Assembly: GCF_009914755.1 (NCBI RefSeq)
Contig: NC_060936.1
Source of the DNA: the human T2T-CHM13v2.0 reference genome, Homo sapiens
Length of the DNA: 64,000 bases
Direction: 5' to 3' (one strand)
Position numbers and translations under genes: made by a program. Each line of letters opens with the position of its first letter. Positions within the stretch are counted from its first letter, which is position 1. Below the pieces are notes generated by a model that saw only the letters and a list, made by a program, of their open reading frames with translations, did no database searches and had not been told where the DNA came from. This document shows positions 1-16,291 of the stretch, one piece after another.

Positions 1-121
<121 letters not shown>

Positions 122-123
122 TC

Positions 124-272
124 AGTAGTCCCAGCTAACTTGGGAGGTTGAGGCAGGAGGATCCCTTGAGCTCAGGAGTTTGAGGCTGCTGTGAGCTATG
201 ATTGTATCACTGCACCCTAGCCTGTGTGACAGAGCTAGACCCTGTCTCTAAAAAATAAAGAAAGAAATAAAA
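124..272 (+). mobile_element. AluJ/FRAM-like right monomer
   Basis: GTAGTCCCAGCTA...GGAGTTTGAGGCTG...GACCCTGTCTCT plus A-rich tail. Confidence 0.85.
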
Positions 273-309
273 TTAAAATTTAAAAAATTGTTTAAAAAAG
301 TAACCAGTT

Positions 310-520
310 CAGTTTCACACAGTTAGCAAGTGGCTGAGTCTAGATTCTAACCCAGCATGTCTGGGATTAAGCAGGTCTCAGTTCAAAACCCAGCTCATCT
401 GGCTGTATGACCTTGGGCAAGTTATTTAGCTTCTCTGAGCATCAGTTTCCTCATCTGAAGACAAGAATAGTAACAGTAACTATTTTGTGAAGACGATATA
501 TGCAAAAGTACTGAGAATGT
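310..520. mobile_element. Two MIR fragments (minus, then plus)
   Basis: MIR core TGACCTTGGGCAAGTTATTTAGCTTCTCTGAGCATCAGTTTCCTCATCTG. Confidence 0.75.
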
Positions 521-783
521 TCTTTTTCTCTCATTGCATTTGTGCATTGTTTTATGTATAATGCATTATTCATACTGCTGGCAGGTGGAAGCAGAACCCT
601 GCTGCCCGTGTCTGGGTGGGCGAGAGACTGGGGAAACACGGCCAGGAAGCAGCCCGGCAGATGGGGGCTGAGTGCACTGGCAGGGGCAGGAGGAGGTAAG
701 TAAGCAACCGGAGAAGAGCTAAGGGGTCCTCGTGGGATTAGCCATGAGATTCCTAAATCCATAAGCAAAAATTGTGAAAATGG

Positions 784-1087
784 GGCCAGGGGCGGTGGCT
801 CATGCCTGTAATCCCAGCACTTTGGGAGGCTGAGGCAGGCAGATCACTCGAGCTCAGGAGTTTGAGACCGGACTGGCCAACATGGTGACACCCCATCTCT
901 ACTAAAAATACAAAAATTAGCTGGGTGTGGTGGTGCATGCCTGCAATCCCAGCTACTCAGGAGGCTGAGGCACAAGAATTGCTTGATCCCTGGAGATGGA
1001 GGTTGCAGTAAGCCGAGGTCGTGCCACTGCACAACAGCCTGAGCGACACAGCAAGACTGTCTCAAAAAAAAAAAAAAAAAAAAAAAA
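784..1087 (+). mobile_element. AluS, full length
   Basis: Dimeric Alu, poly(A), TSD GTGAAAATGG. Confidence 0.95.
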
Positions 1088-1566
1088 GTGAAAATGGTCC
1101 CCTGATGTGGCCTCCACTAGATACAGCCACCAAGGGCACCCCTGCTTTCTCCTTGCAGCGGGGAAAATGATTCTGTTGAGCAAGAAGAAAGTTGTGGGGC
1201 TGTGGACTTCCGGGATGGTCAGGCAGTGCCTGGCAGAAGGAAGGAGTGAGGTGAATAGGAAAAAACAGAAAGGCGGTGTGCTTGTTTCCTGTGGCTGCTG
1301 TAACAAATTGTCACAAGCTTGGAGATTAAAACAACAGAAATTTTTTCTCTCACGATTCTGGAGGCCAGAAATCTGAGATCAAGGTGTTGGCAGGGCCACA
1401 CTGCCTCTGGAGGCTCTGGGAGAGAAGCTTTCCTTCTCTTTCAGCTCCTGGTGGCTGCGGGCATTCTTTGGCTTGTGACCGCCTCCCTCCCATCTCTGCT
1501 TCTGTCTTCACATGGCCTTTTGTAATTGTCTTCTCTCTTCGTCTTCTCTTGGAAGGATATTTGTTG

Positions 1567-1783
1567 AGCCAGGCACAGTGGCCCATGCCCTGTAATCCCA
1601 GCTACTGCAGAGGCTGAGTTGGGAGGAGCACTTGAGGCTAGGAGTTTGAGACGAGCCTGGGCAATACAGTAAGACCCCATCTGAAAGGTCAAAAAGAAAA
1701 GAAGACAACGAAAAATAAGAAAGAGCGAGCGAGAAGGAAAGATCTCATTTAGCACCCTCAAAAGCACAAAAAAAAAAAAAAAA
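1567..1783 (+). pseudogene. Alu monomer (FLAM) retrocopy with A-rich linker, unique 3' segment and poly(A); BC200-like
   Basis: Monomer 1567-1683; AAGACAACGAAAAATAAG (1702-1719) and CCCTCAAAAGCACAA (1755-1769) resemble the BC200 3' region as I recall it; terminal poly(A); degenerate TSD. Confidence 0.6.
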
Positions 1784-1901
1784 GGAAAGAGACACTTGTC
1801 ATTGAATTTAGGACCCTCCCTAATCCAAGATAATCTCACCTTGAGATCATTCATTTAATTATGATTTCAAGGTCATATTGGAAAAAAGTGCTTCCAAAGG
1901 C

Positions 1902-2209
1902 TTTTTTTTTTTTTTTTGAGATGGAGTCTCGCTCTGTCCCTGAGGCACTGCCACTGCAGTGGCGTGACCTTGGCTCACGGCTCACGGCAACCTCCACCTC
2001 CCAGGTTCAAGCAATTCTCCTACCTCAGCCTTCCTAGTAGCTGGGACTACAGGAGTGTGCCACCACGCTCTGCTAATGTTTGTATTTTTAGTAGAGATGG
2101 GGTTTCACTATGTTGGCCAGGCTGGTTTCAAACTCCCGACCTCAGGTGATCCGCCCGTCTCGGCCTCCCAAAGTGCTGGGATTACAGGCGTGAGCCTCAG
2201 CGCCCAGCC
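1902..2209 (-). mobile_element. AluS
   Basis: poly(T)-GAGATGGAGTCTCGCT...GTGAGCC. Confidence 0.95.
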
Positions 2210-3059
2210 CCTGTGGACATATCTTAGGAGCCCACCCTTCAACCCACCTAAGCTAAGGAATATTCAGGTTGATGCTCCTCAAAACTTATAACCATTAATG
2301 ATTTCAAGCATAAGAAACTATAGACATCCATTTACTCAGAACCCACATTTAACAGATGCTAACATTTTCCCATTATTTCTTTAATCTCTGTCTTAGAAAA
2401 AAAAAGATATAAAGCATTACAGACATGTTTCTTTTCTTCCTTCTCTCCTTAGAGATAACCACAAGCCTGAACTTGGTCGTTCATTCTCATGCTTGTAATT
2501 ATACTTTCACTACATATATATGTCTCTTTAAATAATGTATAGTTTGTGTGTCCTTTAAAAAAATTGTTATAAATAGAATGATTATATTTAGTATTTTTAA
2601 AATGAATAGCTTTATAGTGACAGAATTCATGTATCATAAAATCCATCCTTTGAAAGTATACAATTCAGCAGTTTTTACTATTTTCACAGAGTTGTGCAAC
2701 CACCAAAACATTTTCATCACTCCTCCAAAAAAGCCCATACCTATTAGCCATTGCTCCTCCCCCTAGCCTCTGGCAACCACAAATCTACTTTCTGCCTCTG
2801 GATTTGCAAATTCTGGAGATTTCATATAAATGAAATCATATAACATATGATCTTTGGGGGCCTAGTTTTTAAAATGTGGCCTAATGCTTTCAAGATTCAT
2901 CCATGTGGTAGCATGTATCAGTATTTTATTCCTTTTTGTGGCCAAATGACATTTCATTGTAGAGATGGGCCAAATTTTGATTATTCATTCAATTGATGGA
3001 CATTTAGGTTGTTTCCACTTTTTTGGCTATGATGAAAAATGCTTATAAGACCATTCATG

Positions 3060-3386
<327 letters not shown>

Positions 3387-3482
3387 TCATGTACAAGTTT
3401 TTGTATGAACAAATGTTTCAATTCTTTTGGGTATATAATTAGAAGTAACATTGCTGGGTCATATGTTAACCGTGTGTCTATA

Positions 3483-3793
3483 TTTTTTGTTTGTTTGTTT
3501 TGTTTTGTTTGAGACAGTGTCTTGCTCTGTTGCCCAGGCTGGAGTGCAGTGGCACAATTATGGCTCACTGCAGCCTCGACCTCCCAGGGCCCAGGTGATC
3601 CTCCCATATCAGCCTCCCAAGTAGCTGAGACTACAGGCATGCAGCACCACACCTAGCTAGTATTTTGTATTTTTTGTAGAGATAAGGTTTTGCCATGTTG
3701 CCAAGATTGTCTTGAACTCCTGGGCTCAAGCAATCTGCCTGCCTCAGCCTCCCAAACTGCTGAAATTAGAGGCATCAGCCACTGTACTCAGGT
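3483..3793 (-). mobile_element. AluJ
   Basis: Antisense Alu with J-type GCTCACTGCAGCCTCGACCTCC. Confidence 0.9.
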
Positions 3794-4239
3794 GTATGTC
3801 TAATTTTTGGAGGAAATGCTAAACTGTTTTCCAAAGTAGCTGCCGCATTCTACTTTCCCAGCAGCTATGTATAAGGGTTCCAATGTTTTCCCATCCTTAC
3901 CAACACTTATTATTGTCCATCTTTCTGATTTTAGCCCTTCTAGTGGGTGTGAAGTGGTATCTAACTGAGGTTTTGAGCTTCATTCTTCTGATGGTGAATG
4001 ATGTTGAGCATCTTTTCATGTGCTTATCGGTCATTTTGTATTTTCTTTGGAAAAATATGTATTCAAATTTTTGCCCATTTAAAAATTGGGTTATTTTTCT
4101 TTTTATTATTGAGTTGTAAGTGTGTATATGTATACACCTACGTACGTATTTCTGCATTTTATTGGAGTGTTTAGTCCACTTATATTTAATGTAGTCACTG
4201 ATTTGGGGAGGTAATGTAATTACTGATAAAGTATCTAAT

Positions 4240-4876
<637 letters not shown>

Positions 4877-4879
4877 TGC

Positions 4880-6480
4880 ATCTTTTTTTAAAAAACCTCT
4901 TTTCTTCCTCATGGCCTCCCTTTGTATTCAATAGATATTTCCTAGTGTACCATTATAATCCCCTTGTTGTTTCTTTTGCTATATGTACATTTGGATTTAT
5001 TTTCTTAGTGGTTGCCTTGGAGATTACAAGTAACATCTTAGTCTAAAACAATCTAGTTTAGATTAATACCAACTTAATTTCAACAGTATGCAAAAACTTT
5101 ACTTCAATATAGCTTTATTCCCTACCCTCTTTTTTGTGTTATGGTTGTCATAAAGATTACATCTTTCATATTATAAGCCCATCAACACAAGTTTGTGGTT
5201 TTTCCTTTAAGCAGTTGTCTTTTAAATCAGAAAGAATGAACAAAAATTAATACTTTATACTTATCGATGTTGTTACCTTTACTTGTGCTCATAATTTCTT
5301 TGTGTATATTCAAGTTACTGACTGGTGTCCTTTCATTTCGCCTGAAGCACTCCCTTTAGTATTTCTTATAGGGCAGGTCTCCTGGCAATAAATTCTCTTA
5401 TTTTGTGTTTATCTGTGCATGTCTTGATTTCTTGATTTCTGAAGTATGGTTTTGCTAAACATAAAATTCTTGGTTGGCAATCATCTTCTTTCAGCTCTTT
5501 GACTATATCATCCCATTGCTTTTGGAACACTGTGGTTTCTGATGAGCAATCTGGTGCTAATCCTATTAAACTAATGAGTGGCTTTTCTTTGCTTTCAAGA
5601 TTCTTTCTTGGTCTTTTGCTATTAGCACTTTGACTATAACACCTAGATGTGGATCTCACATCTAGGAGTGAGGTAGGAGTTTATCCTATGTGGCATTCAT
5701 TGAGCTTCTTGGATGTAGAGATTAATCTTTTCCATCAAATCTGGGATATTTTCAACCACAATTCTTCAAATATTTCTTCTGTCCCTGTCTTCCTCTCATT
5801 TCCTTTTGGGATTCCTTTTATGTGTATGTTTGTATTCTTGATGGTATCCTACAGATCCCTGAGGTTCCATTCATTTTTCTCCATTCTTTTTTCTTTCTCT
5901 TGTTCCAAATGAATGCTCTCCATTAACCTGTTTAAAGGTTTGCTAATTCTTTCTGCCAGCTTAAATCTGCTGTTGAACCCTTCTAGCATATTTTTTTTTA
6001 ATTCCAGTTATTGTACTTTTTGACTCCAAAATTCGTATTTGGTTCTCTTCTATAATTTCCATTTCTTTATTGATATCTTTAGTGACACATTATTCTCATA
6101 GTTTCTTTAGTTCTTTAGACATAGATCCCTTTAATTTTTGAACATATTTAAAAGAGCTGATTTAAAGTCTTTGTCTAGTAAGTTCAACATTGTGGCTTCC
6201 TAAAGGACAGGTTCCTGTGTATGGATCATATATTCATATATTTTTTTCATGTTTCATTTTTAAAATTGAAAACTGGACATTTTTAGTAATATAATGTGGC
6301 AACACTGAAAATCAAATTTCCCTTCTCCCCGGGGCTTTTGTTTTAGTTGTTTGTTGTTGCTATTTGTTTATTTAGTGACTTTCCCGGACTTATTCTGTAA
6401 AATCCATATTCCTTGTTGTGTGTGGTCACTAAATACTCTGCTGGGTTTGCTTAGTGGTCAGTTACTTATTTCACAAAGAT
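4880..6480 (-). mobile_element. Old L1M fragment including ORF1 remnant
   Basis: ORF 5366-5659(-) ...SSETT...QW...LKE...QPRIL...AK...EIKTCTDKHKIREFIARRPAL matches the L1 ORF1p C-terminal domain. Confidence 0.85.
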
Positions 6481-6639
6481 GTCCTTATAGCTAGGCTGTT
6501 AATTAACTTCTTGTAAGGAGTAGAATGAGAGTAGGAGTTATATTCTTGGTTAAAAATAAATAAATAAATAAATTTATATATATAGCTTTTATCTGTTCCC
6601 TCTAAGGCCAGACTCTAACGGGCATCTCTGCCACTCTCC

Positions 6640-6851
6640 TTCTGCAGCTGCAGATCTTTTCTCAGTTGAGCTTCAGATGAGACCACAGCCCCAGACAGCT
6701 TCTTAAGTGCAGCCTCATAAGAAACCGTAAGCAGAGAACCAAGATAAACCATGCCTGAACTCCTGATCCACAGAAACTGTGAAATAGTAAGTGTGTATTG
6801 TTTTAAGCCTTGAAGCCTGTGGGAATATATATAGTAACGTGTAACTAATAT
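6640..6851 (+). mobile_element. MLT1 (D/E-like) LTR 3' part
   Basis: CCTGAACTCCTGATCCACAGAAACTGTGAAATAGTAAGTGTGTATTGTTTTAAGCC. Confidence 0.75.
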
Positions 6852-6969
6852 GTCAGGGAAGGACAGGTTGCCAACCTTTGGAATTCTATGGGTCTACTTT
6901 AGAATGAGAATTTGTGGGTCTCTCACCCCACGAGACAGCAGAGGACCTGGGTTCCAAAGGTTTTCCTTT

Positions 6970-7090
6970 TCTGTCTCCCCGATGTTGAGGTCTTGCAGGC
7001 AGGAACTATGTGTATGCTCCCAGTGCTCTGTCCAGTGTGCTGCACAGCCTGGGTGACCCATCATTATTTACTGAATGCTAAATTGATGAG
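6970..7090 (+). mobile_element. L2 3' end
   Basis: Degenerate L2 terminus ending ATTTACTGAATG. Confidence 0.5.
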
Positions 7091-7309
7091 TGGGACCCAA
7101 TGCTCTTCATAGGATCAGGGGAAACCCAGCTGGAATACACCACAAGCAGGACTTGAAGCTCCTCAGGAACAAGGTCAGAGGCTAGGGCTATAATAGCTGT
7201 TTTGTCTCTTTTTATGAAAAGCTTTTACTGAGAAGTAAGAGCATGGTTCCAGGCCATGACAGTGACACCACGAGTGTGTGCTGGTCTCAAGGGAGGCTTA
7301 AGTATTAAG

Positions 7310-7840
<531 letters not shown>

Positions 7841-8194
7841 TTTCACAGGAAACATGTTTGGAAAGATCAGCTAAATGTAAGTTGGTGACTCCCACGCAGC
7901 TAAAATTGTGTACATTGGAGCCTGATTTTCTTTTCCTGGGGCCTCAGAAAGCTGGTTCTACCCAGCACATGCCAGATAGATGAGGAAGCTTGGGGAGAGG
8001 GGCCTGGGAAGGAAGGTGGGTGATGCTGTCTAAGAAGTCAATACTTCCTCTTTCTCTTTCTTAGAGAAGTACTGCTGCCCAGACCCAAAGAATTACTGGA
8101 AACAGAACTAGTCTGATATTAAACAGAGTAGTAACCATGCACTTGAGATAATTGGAGGGCCACACAGAATGTCCACCTACCCCCAGACTCACCT

Positions 8195-8566
8195 TGTATC
8201 AGTCTATTCTCACACTGCTATAAAAGACTACTTGAGATTGGGTAATTTATGAAAAAAAGAGGTTTAATTGACTCTCAGTTCTGCAGGCTATACAGGAAGC
8301 ATGGAGGCCTCAGGAAACTTACAATCATGGGGGAAGGGTAAAGGGGAAGCAGGCATGTCTTCACATGGTGGCAGAAGAGAGAGCAAAGGGGGAAGTGCTA
8401 AACACTTTTAAACAATCAGACCTCGGGAGAACTCACTCACTATCATGAGAACAGCAAGGGGGATGTCTGCCTCATGATCGAATCACTTCCCACCAGGCCC
8501 CTCTTCCAACACATGGGAATTACAATTCTACATGTGATTTGGGTGGGGACACAGAGTCACATATCA
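8195..8566 (-). mobile_element. THE1D/MSTA solo LTR
   Basis: TGTATCAGTC...ATATCA termini; TSD CACCT/CACCC. Confidence 0.9.
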
Positions 8567-8719
8567 CACCCTTAGGTCTATCATTGTGCCTGGGAGTTCC
8601 ACCATTCAACCTGCTTCTAAAGGTCCCTGGGAAATGTAATTTGTCAGCTTAAACTCAACCACATCTATTCAGAGCCTATTGCGTGTAATCTGCTCTAGGG
8701 GAAAGATCTATAAACGTTT

Positions 8720-8910
8720 TCTTTATACTTTACACGGTGCTTTTATACAGCTAATTTCATCACTGCAATAATGTTATGAGGTAGGTATTTATGATGATTC
8801 CCATTTTGCAGAGGAAGAAACTCAGGCCCAGAGAGGTTAAGGGGCTTATTGGGAGGCCAGGCAGATGTCAACTGGCAGGGCTAGAAAGCACATCTGGAAA
8901 GCACATCTGA
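8720..8910 (-). mobile_element. MIR
   Basis: CCCATTTTGCAGAGGAAGAAACTCAGGCCCAGAGAGGTTAAG. Confidence 0.8.
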
Positions 8911-9701
8911 AAACTCCAAGTTGTTGGTGTTTTCTTGCTCATCTCAGCTGCTCTCAGGAAGTTTACAGGAAACAGACAAATCAGCCAATCAAGAAATGGT
9001 CAAGGCTTTCAAACTGGGTTCCGTAGTATTCCCCTGAGGTCTCCTGAGTGTTAAGAGGTAAGAGAGGGTTGGATAGCGTGCGTGGCAGTAGGTCTTGGGC
9101 TCCCCAACACACTTTGGCAGGATCTCCTCTTTCTTCTGCCTTTAGAGGTAAAAGTGTTCGATATTTCAGGGGAGATAATACAACAGTAAAACCGAACAAG
9201 AATTTCTTGAATATCTATTGTGCATTCAGCCTGGAGTGGGGTGGGGAGGAAGGTAGCTTCAGGCAGTATAAGAAGAGCTTACAAAACAACCCACATGTGA
9301 AAACTTGAAGACTGATAAGAAATTAAATAACGGCTCAGTATAGCAACAGAAGCACTGTCCCATAGCCATGTCTGGTTCCCTAATTAATGACTTCGGCAGT
9401 GACTTGGGTGGTCAAGAGAGAGCCGGGAAGTGTTGAGCTGAGTAACCCAGCCCCACCCATGATCAGCAATAGGGCACAGGAGCCCGGAGCGATGAAACCT
9501 GGGCTGGACAAGTTTTGACAGAGAGAAGATACTCAGGAAGGGCCTCATTGGGAGGTGGTGAGGGTGGGTTAGGTGCAGTATCACAGCAACCAGCCCCTGA
9601 AGAGAGGGCAACACCAAAGCCTGGTGTTTGTCTCCAACCACTGCAGGGTTGCACTCTGCAGATGACGACTCACCCTTGGTAAAGGGCTCCCCATCCCTGC
9701 C

Positions 9702-10084
9702 TGATATGGTTTGGATTTGTGTCCCTGCCCAAATCTGTTGTCGAATTTAATCCCCAGTGTTAGAGGAGGGGCCTGGTGGGACATGACTGAATCATGGGGG
9801 CGGATTTCCTCCTTGCTGCTCTCACCATAGCGAGTGAGTTCTCATGAGATCTGGTTGTTTAAAAGTGTGTAGTACCTTCCCCTTCACTCTCTTCCTCCTT
9901 CTCTGGCCATGTAAGACGTGCCTGCTTGCCCTTCCCCTTCTGCCATGATTGTAAGTTTCCCAAGGCTTCCCCAGTCATGCCTTCTGTACAGCCTGGGGAA
10001 CTCTGAGTCAATTAAACCTCTTTTCTTTATAAATTACCCAGTCTCAGGTAGTTCTTTATAACAACGTGAGAATGGAGAAACACA
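9702..10084 (+). mobile_element. THE1D/MSTA solo LTR
   Basis: TGATATGGTTTGG...AACACA; perfect TSD CTGCC. Confidence 0.9.
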
Positions 10085-10189
10085 CTGCCTCCCTCACCCC
10101 ATCGGGTCTCCCTTCTGCTCACTGGCACATGGGATTCTGCTGGGCAGAGGCCATCCGATGAATGCTCCAACAGACTGGGTTGACATCCC

Positions 10190-10720
10190 AGCCTTGCCCC
10201 TCTGTAACTGAAATATGTGGATAATAATAACACCCATCTTACAGGGCTGCTTGGATAGTGAACTAGATCATGCACATAAAGAGCCTGGCACCATTAGTTC
10301 CTGGCACATGCAAGTTCTCAATAAATGTTGTTGGCTATTATCTGCAGCTACATTCAACATGGGCAGGCTGGGAGCAAAGCTCTTCTTGGCTTTAATTCAC
10401 TCATTTAATAAGCATTTAATGAGCACCTACTCTGTGCCAGGCACTGCACTGGGAGCTGAGGCCAGAGACTGAAAAGTTCATTTTCTTTAAGTAGCTCCCA
10501 GTCTATTGGGAAAGCAGAAGTGTGAACCATTCTTACTCTGTGTGATTATTGAAACGTCTGCTTGGTAGTAATGATTATAGTTAACATGTGTTGGGTACTT
10601 GCCATGTGCCAGTTATGAAGAACTTTATAGGTATTATTATCTCATTTGATCCTTACGAGGTAAGACTTGATCCTCCATTTTACAGAGGGGAAACTGAGGC
10701 TCTGAAAGGCTCTGAATGGT
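10190..10720. mobile_element. MIR(+), L2(-) and MIR(-) fragments
   Basis: CTCAATAAATGTTG; CATTTAATGAGCACCTACTCTGTGCCAGGCACTG; CCATTTTACAGAGGGGAAACTGAGGCT. Confidence 0.7.
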
Positions 10721-10992
10721 CATGTCTGGGTTTCCAATCAAGGATGGAGGAGAGTTCACCAGGAGGCAGAGGTACTGCAAACTCCAAGCCTTGAGGGTTT
10801 GAGAGATCATATAGAAGTCAGAATGGATGAAACATAAAATCCTTGAACTATGAATCCCTGGCAGGTAACCCATGCCAGAAAGCAAAGTCACCAGGAGTGA
10901 GCAAGGAGCTGATTCAGAAGTTCTAGCCTCACATCTGATCAGCTTTAAGCATGTGACATTTATAGATGACTTAATATTGGTCGATCCCTACT

Positions 10993-11355
<363 letters not shown>

Positions 11356-11646
11356 TTACTTACAGTTACAGCATTCCTTGGTTTTGCCTGGTATGGATAT
11401 GCATGAATTTCAGTTACGATGTTTAAGAAATAACAGGAGTCCCCCAAAACGTGGTTCAGATTTCATTTTCCACAGTATATCGAGTGTGAATAATTGCATC
11501 AAGCGCAAACTTTGCTGTTAGCTGGTCAGTCCACAAATCACTATGTAAATAACAGACGCATAGACACGTATCATGATCAGCAAAAATCACGTCACTTCTT
11601 TCAAAGCCTGTTGGTGTCTGGTCACCGCACGTCGTTATTCAGTTCA

Positions 11647-12083
<437 letters not shown>

Positions 12084-12094
12084 CCCATAGATAG

Positions 12095-12437
12095 ATATAC
12101 TGATTGGCTCACACATTGCAGAGGTTGGCAAGCCCAAAATCTGCAAGGTAGGCTGGCAGATTGGGGACCCGGGCCAAGGAAGAATTGCTATTGTGGTTAT
12201 CTGGAGGCAGAATTCCTTCTTCTTCGGGGCAGGTCAGTCTTTTTCTATTAAGACCTTCAACTGATTGGATAAGACCCACCACATTATAGAGGACCATCTG
12301 CTTTACTCAAACTCTACTGATTTAAGTGTTCATCTTATCTAAAAAATACTTTCACAGGAAACATCTGGAATAATGTTTCACCAATGATCTGCATACCATG
12401 GCCCTGCCCAAGTTCACACATAAAATTCACCATCCCA
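12095..12437 (-). mobile_element. MLT2C/D (ERVL) LTR
   Basis: CCTTCAACTGATTGGATAAGACCCACCACATTAT...CACACATAAAATTCACCATCCCA. Confidence 0.85.
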
Positions 12438-12642
12438 GGGTTATAGAAGAAATAGATGAGGGAAGTCACTGTGAGGAAAAGGACGAAGTCCATCCAGAGG
12501 AAGTGAGGCTGGCAGGAACTCCTGCGGACATTTCACAACACTGAAAGTTCAAAGGATACAATTTTGGAAACTGATCCAATCTTAGAAAGAAATATGACAA
12601 TTCGCCAAGGCATAGAACAAGATGCTCCCTCTGTATCATTAG

Positions 12643-13038
<396 letters not shown>

Positions 13039-13356
13039 TAAATTGAAGTATAAGAAAGAGATGTTAGTTTTACCTAGTTTTTCATTTCCTTAAACATTTA
13101 TAGCCAACAGTAAGAGAGTTTTAGTGTTTTGACAGAAGATTGTTAAAGGTCACAGAATAATCTTATTTTATCCTGTTGGTGATTGAGATCTTTTTGTACA
13201 CTTTCAGTTTGCACGGTCATTCTTACAGTCCACATGAGTGTGCAAAGTGAGATTGGCTGTGTTATTTGTATCATCATCATCAGCATCATCATGTTCTCCA
13301 CCAGGCAAGTGGGGTAAACACCCAGGATGCAAGGCCAGGGGTTGAATTCTTTTTGA

Positions 13357-13676
<320 letters not shown>

Positions 13677-14138
13677 CTCCTTTTCTGACCCTGGGCAAAA
13701 AGGCCCCTGCAAAGTTCCAGGCCAAGGCCCTCTCAGCCCTGGCCAACATTGTCCTCTCTCTGCAGAGGCTGGGATACTCTACAGTCCCAGGAAGCTTCCA
13801 AAAAGGAGAGCTCAGTTTACAACCAATAAAAATAACTCAGGGGTGACAAACAGCTCCAGGGCCCCAGGGGACGCTCTTATGCAATCTGCCTTGATTTCAC
13901 AAGCCCTACATGGAGCTGTCAGCAGAGGCAGACTGAGATGCACGCCCTGGCTGACACCACAGGGCAAGGCCCCTCTGGCTGCAATGACTGGGAACAGTGA
14001 CTTTGGCTGTGACTGGAGGTGGCTCATTTACAACAGAAGACATGCAAAAATAGCTCAGCTGATGGATTGGTTGGTTGTTGGTTGACTGACTGATTTAAAT
14101 ACATAGTATTTCTTTTTCTTTTTAGGCAAAGTATACTA

Positions 14139-14507
<369 letters not shown>

Positions 14508-14589
14508 CTACCCATAGTCCAACTACCGAGAGAGCACCACTGTTACTTTCAGCCTTTCAGGCTTTTCTAGAAGCCAAAAGCATATAGTG

Positions 14590-14720
14590 CCGAGCTTCAG
14601 ACTCTGATGCCAGACCACCTGAGTTCCACTCCTAGGCTGCTTAACATCTCTTGCACCATCTTCCCATCAGTGAAATGGGAATATCAATCACAGCCTTTAT
14701 TACTTTGTTGTATGGTTAGG
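14590..14720 (+). mobile_element. MIR
   Basis: CTTCCCATCAGTGAAATGGGAATA. Confidence 0.55.
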
Positions 14721-14788
14721 GATTTTCTGTTTTTTACTGTGAAAGAGGTCAAGAGGAAGAGCCTTGTGGTTAAGTCTTTGTGTACATT

Positions 14789-15103
14789 CTTTTCTTTTTC
14801 TTTCTTTCTTCTTTTTTTTTGAAATGGTGTCTCACTCTGTCGCCCAGGCTGACATGCAATGGCGCCATCATGGCTCACTGCAGCCTCAAGCTCCTGGGCT
14901 CAAGCAGTCTCCCTACCTCAGCCTCTCATGTAGCTGAGACTACAGGTATGTAGTCTCACACTTGGCTAATTTTTAAAATTTTTGTAGAGATGGGGTCTCA
15001 CAAGTTTACCTAGGCTGGTCTTGAACTTCTGGCCTCAAGTGATCCTTCTGCCTTGGCCTTCCAAAGTGTTGGGGTTACAGGTGTGAGCCACTGCACCTCG
15101 CCT
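14789..15103 (-). mobile_element. AluJ
   Basis: Antisense Alu, TSD TGTGTACATT. Confidence 0.9.
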
Positions 15104-15250
15104 GTGTACATTTGGAATGATATCTTAGGATAAATTATTGGGAGGGCAACTACAGTGTCTAAGAGAGTACCCATTTTGTTTCATCTCCTGCCAAATCAGG
15201 AAACTGATTAAAATGAGCTACTTGGTGACTGGTAAATTAAATGAGCTATG

Positions 15251-15735
<485 letters not shown>

Positions 15736-15876
15736 ATTATTTATACTAGCCCAGAGGGAGATGGATTTTCACATGCGTAACAGAAAGAGGCAGCGGGAGC
15801 AAGCTGTGGTCACAAGGGCATTCTGCAGGAATGTTACAGAGAGAAGAGAGAAGACCTCTGCCAGTGGGGTGGAGGC

Positions 15877-16215
15877 TGCTGGACTGAATGTTCATGTCAC
15901 CCCCAAATCCTTATGTTGAAATCTTAACCCTGAATATGATGGTGTGAGGAGCAGGCCTTTGGGATGTAATCAGGTCATTCATGAATGGGGTTAGTGCCCT
16001 TATAAAAGGGACCCCAGAGAGTTCTCTCACCCTCTCTCCACCACGCGAGGATACAATGAGAAGTTGGCCGTCTGCATCCTGGAGGAGGGCCCCAACCAGA
16101 ACCTGGCCATACTGACACTCTGATCTCGAAATTCCAGCCTCCAGAACTGTGAGCAATAAATTTCTGTTGTTGCTAAGCCACCCAGTCTATGGTACTTTGT
16201 TACAGCAACGAGGGC
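15877..16215 (+). mobile_element. MLT1A solo LTR
   Basis: TGGACTGAATGTTCATGTC...CCAGCCTCCAGAACTGTGAGCAATAAATTTCTGTTG. Confidence 0.85.
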
Positions 16216-16291
16216 TTTCTGTAGTCCTGTTGGAGCTGGACAAACACTGAGGCCTCAGATGCCCAGAATTCATATGCTCCAAGAGGCTTCC

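Larger units (their letters stand above)
1277..2249 (-). mobile_element. MLT1B/C (MaLR) solo LTR, interrupted by two SINEs
   Basis: GGCTGCTGTAACAAATTGTCACAAGCTTGG...TTCTGGAGGCCAGAAATCTGAGATCAAGGTG; resumes at ~1790 and ~2211. Confidence 0.85.
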
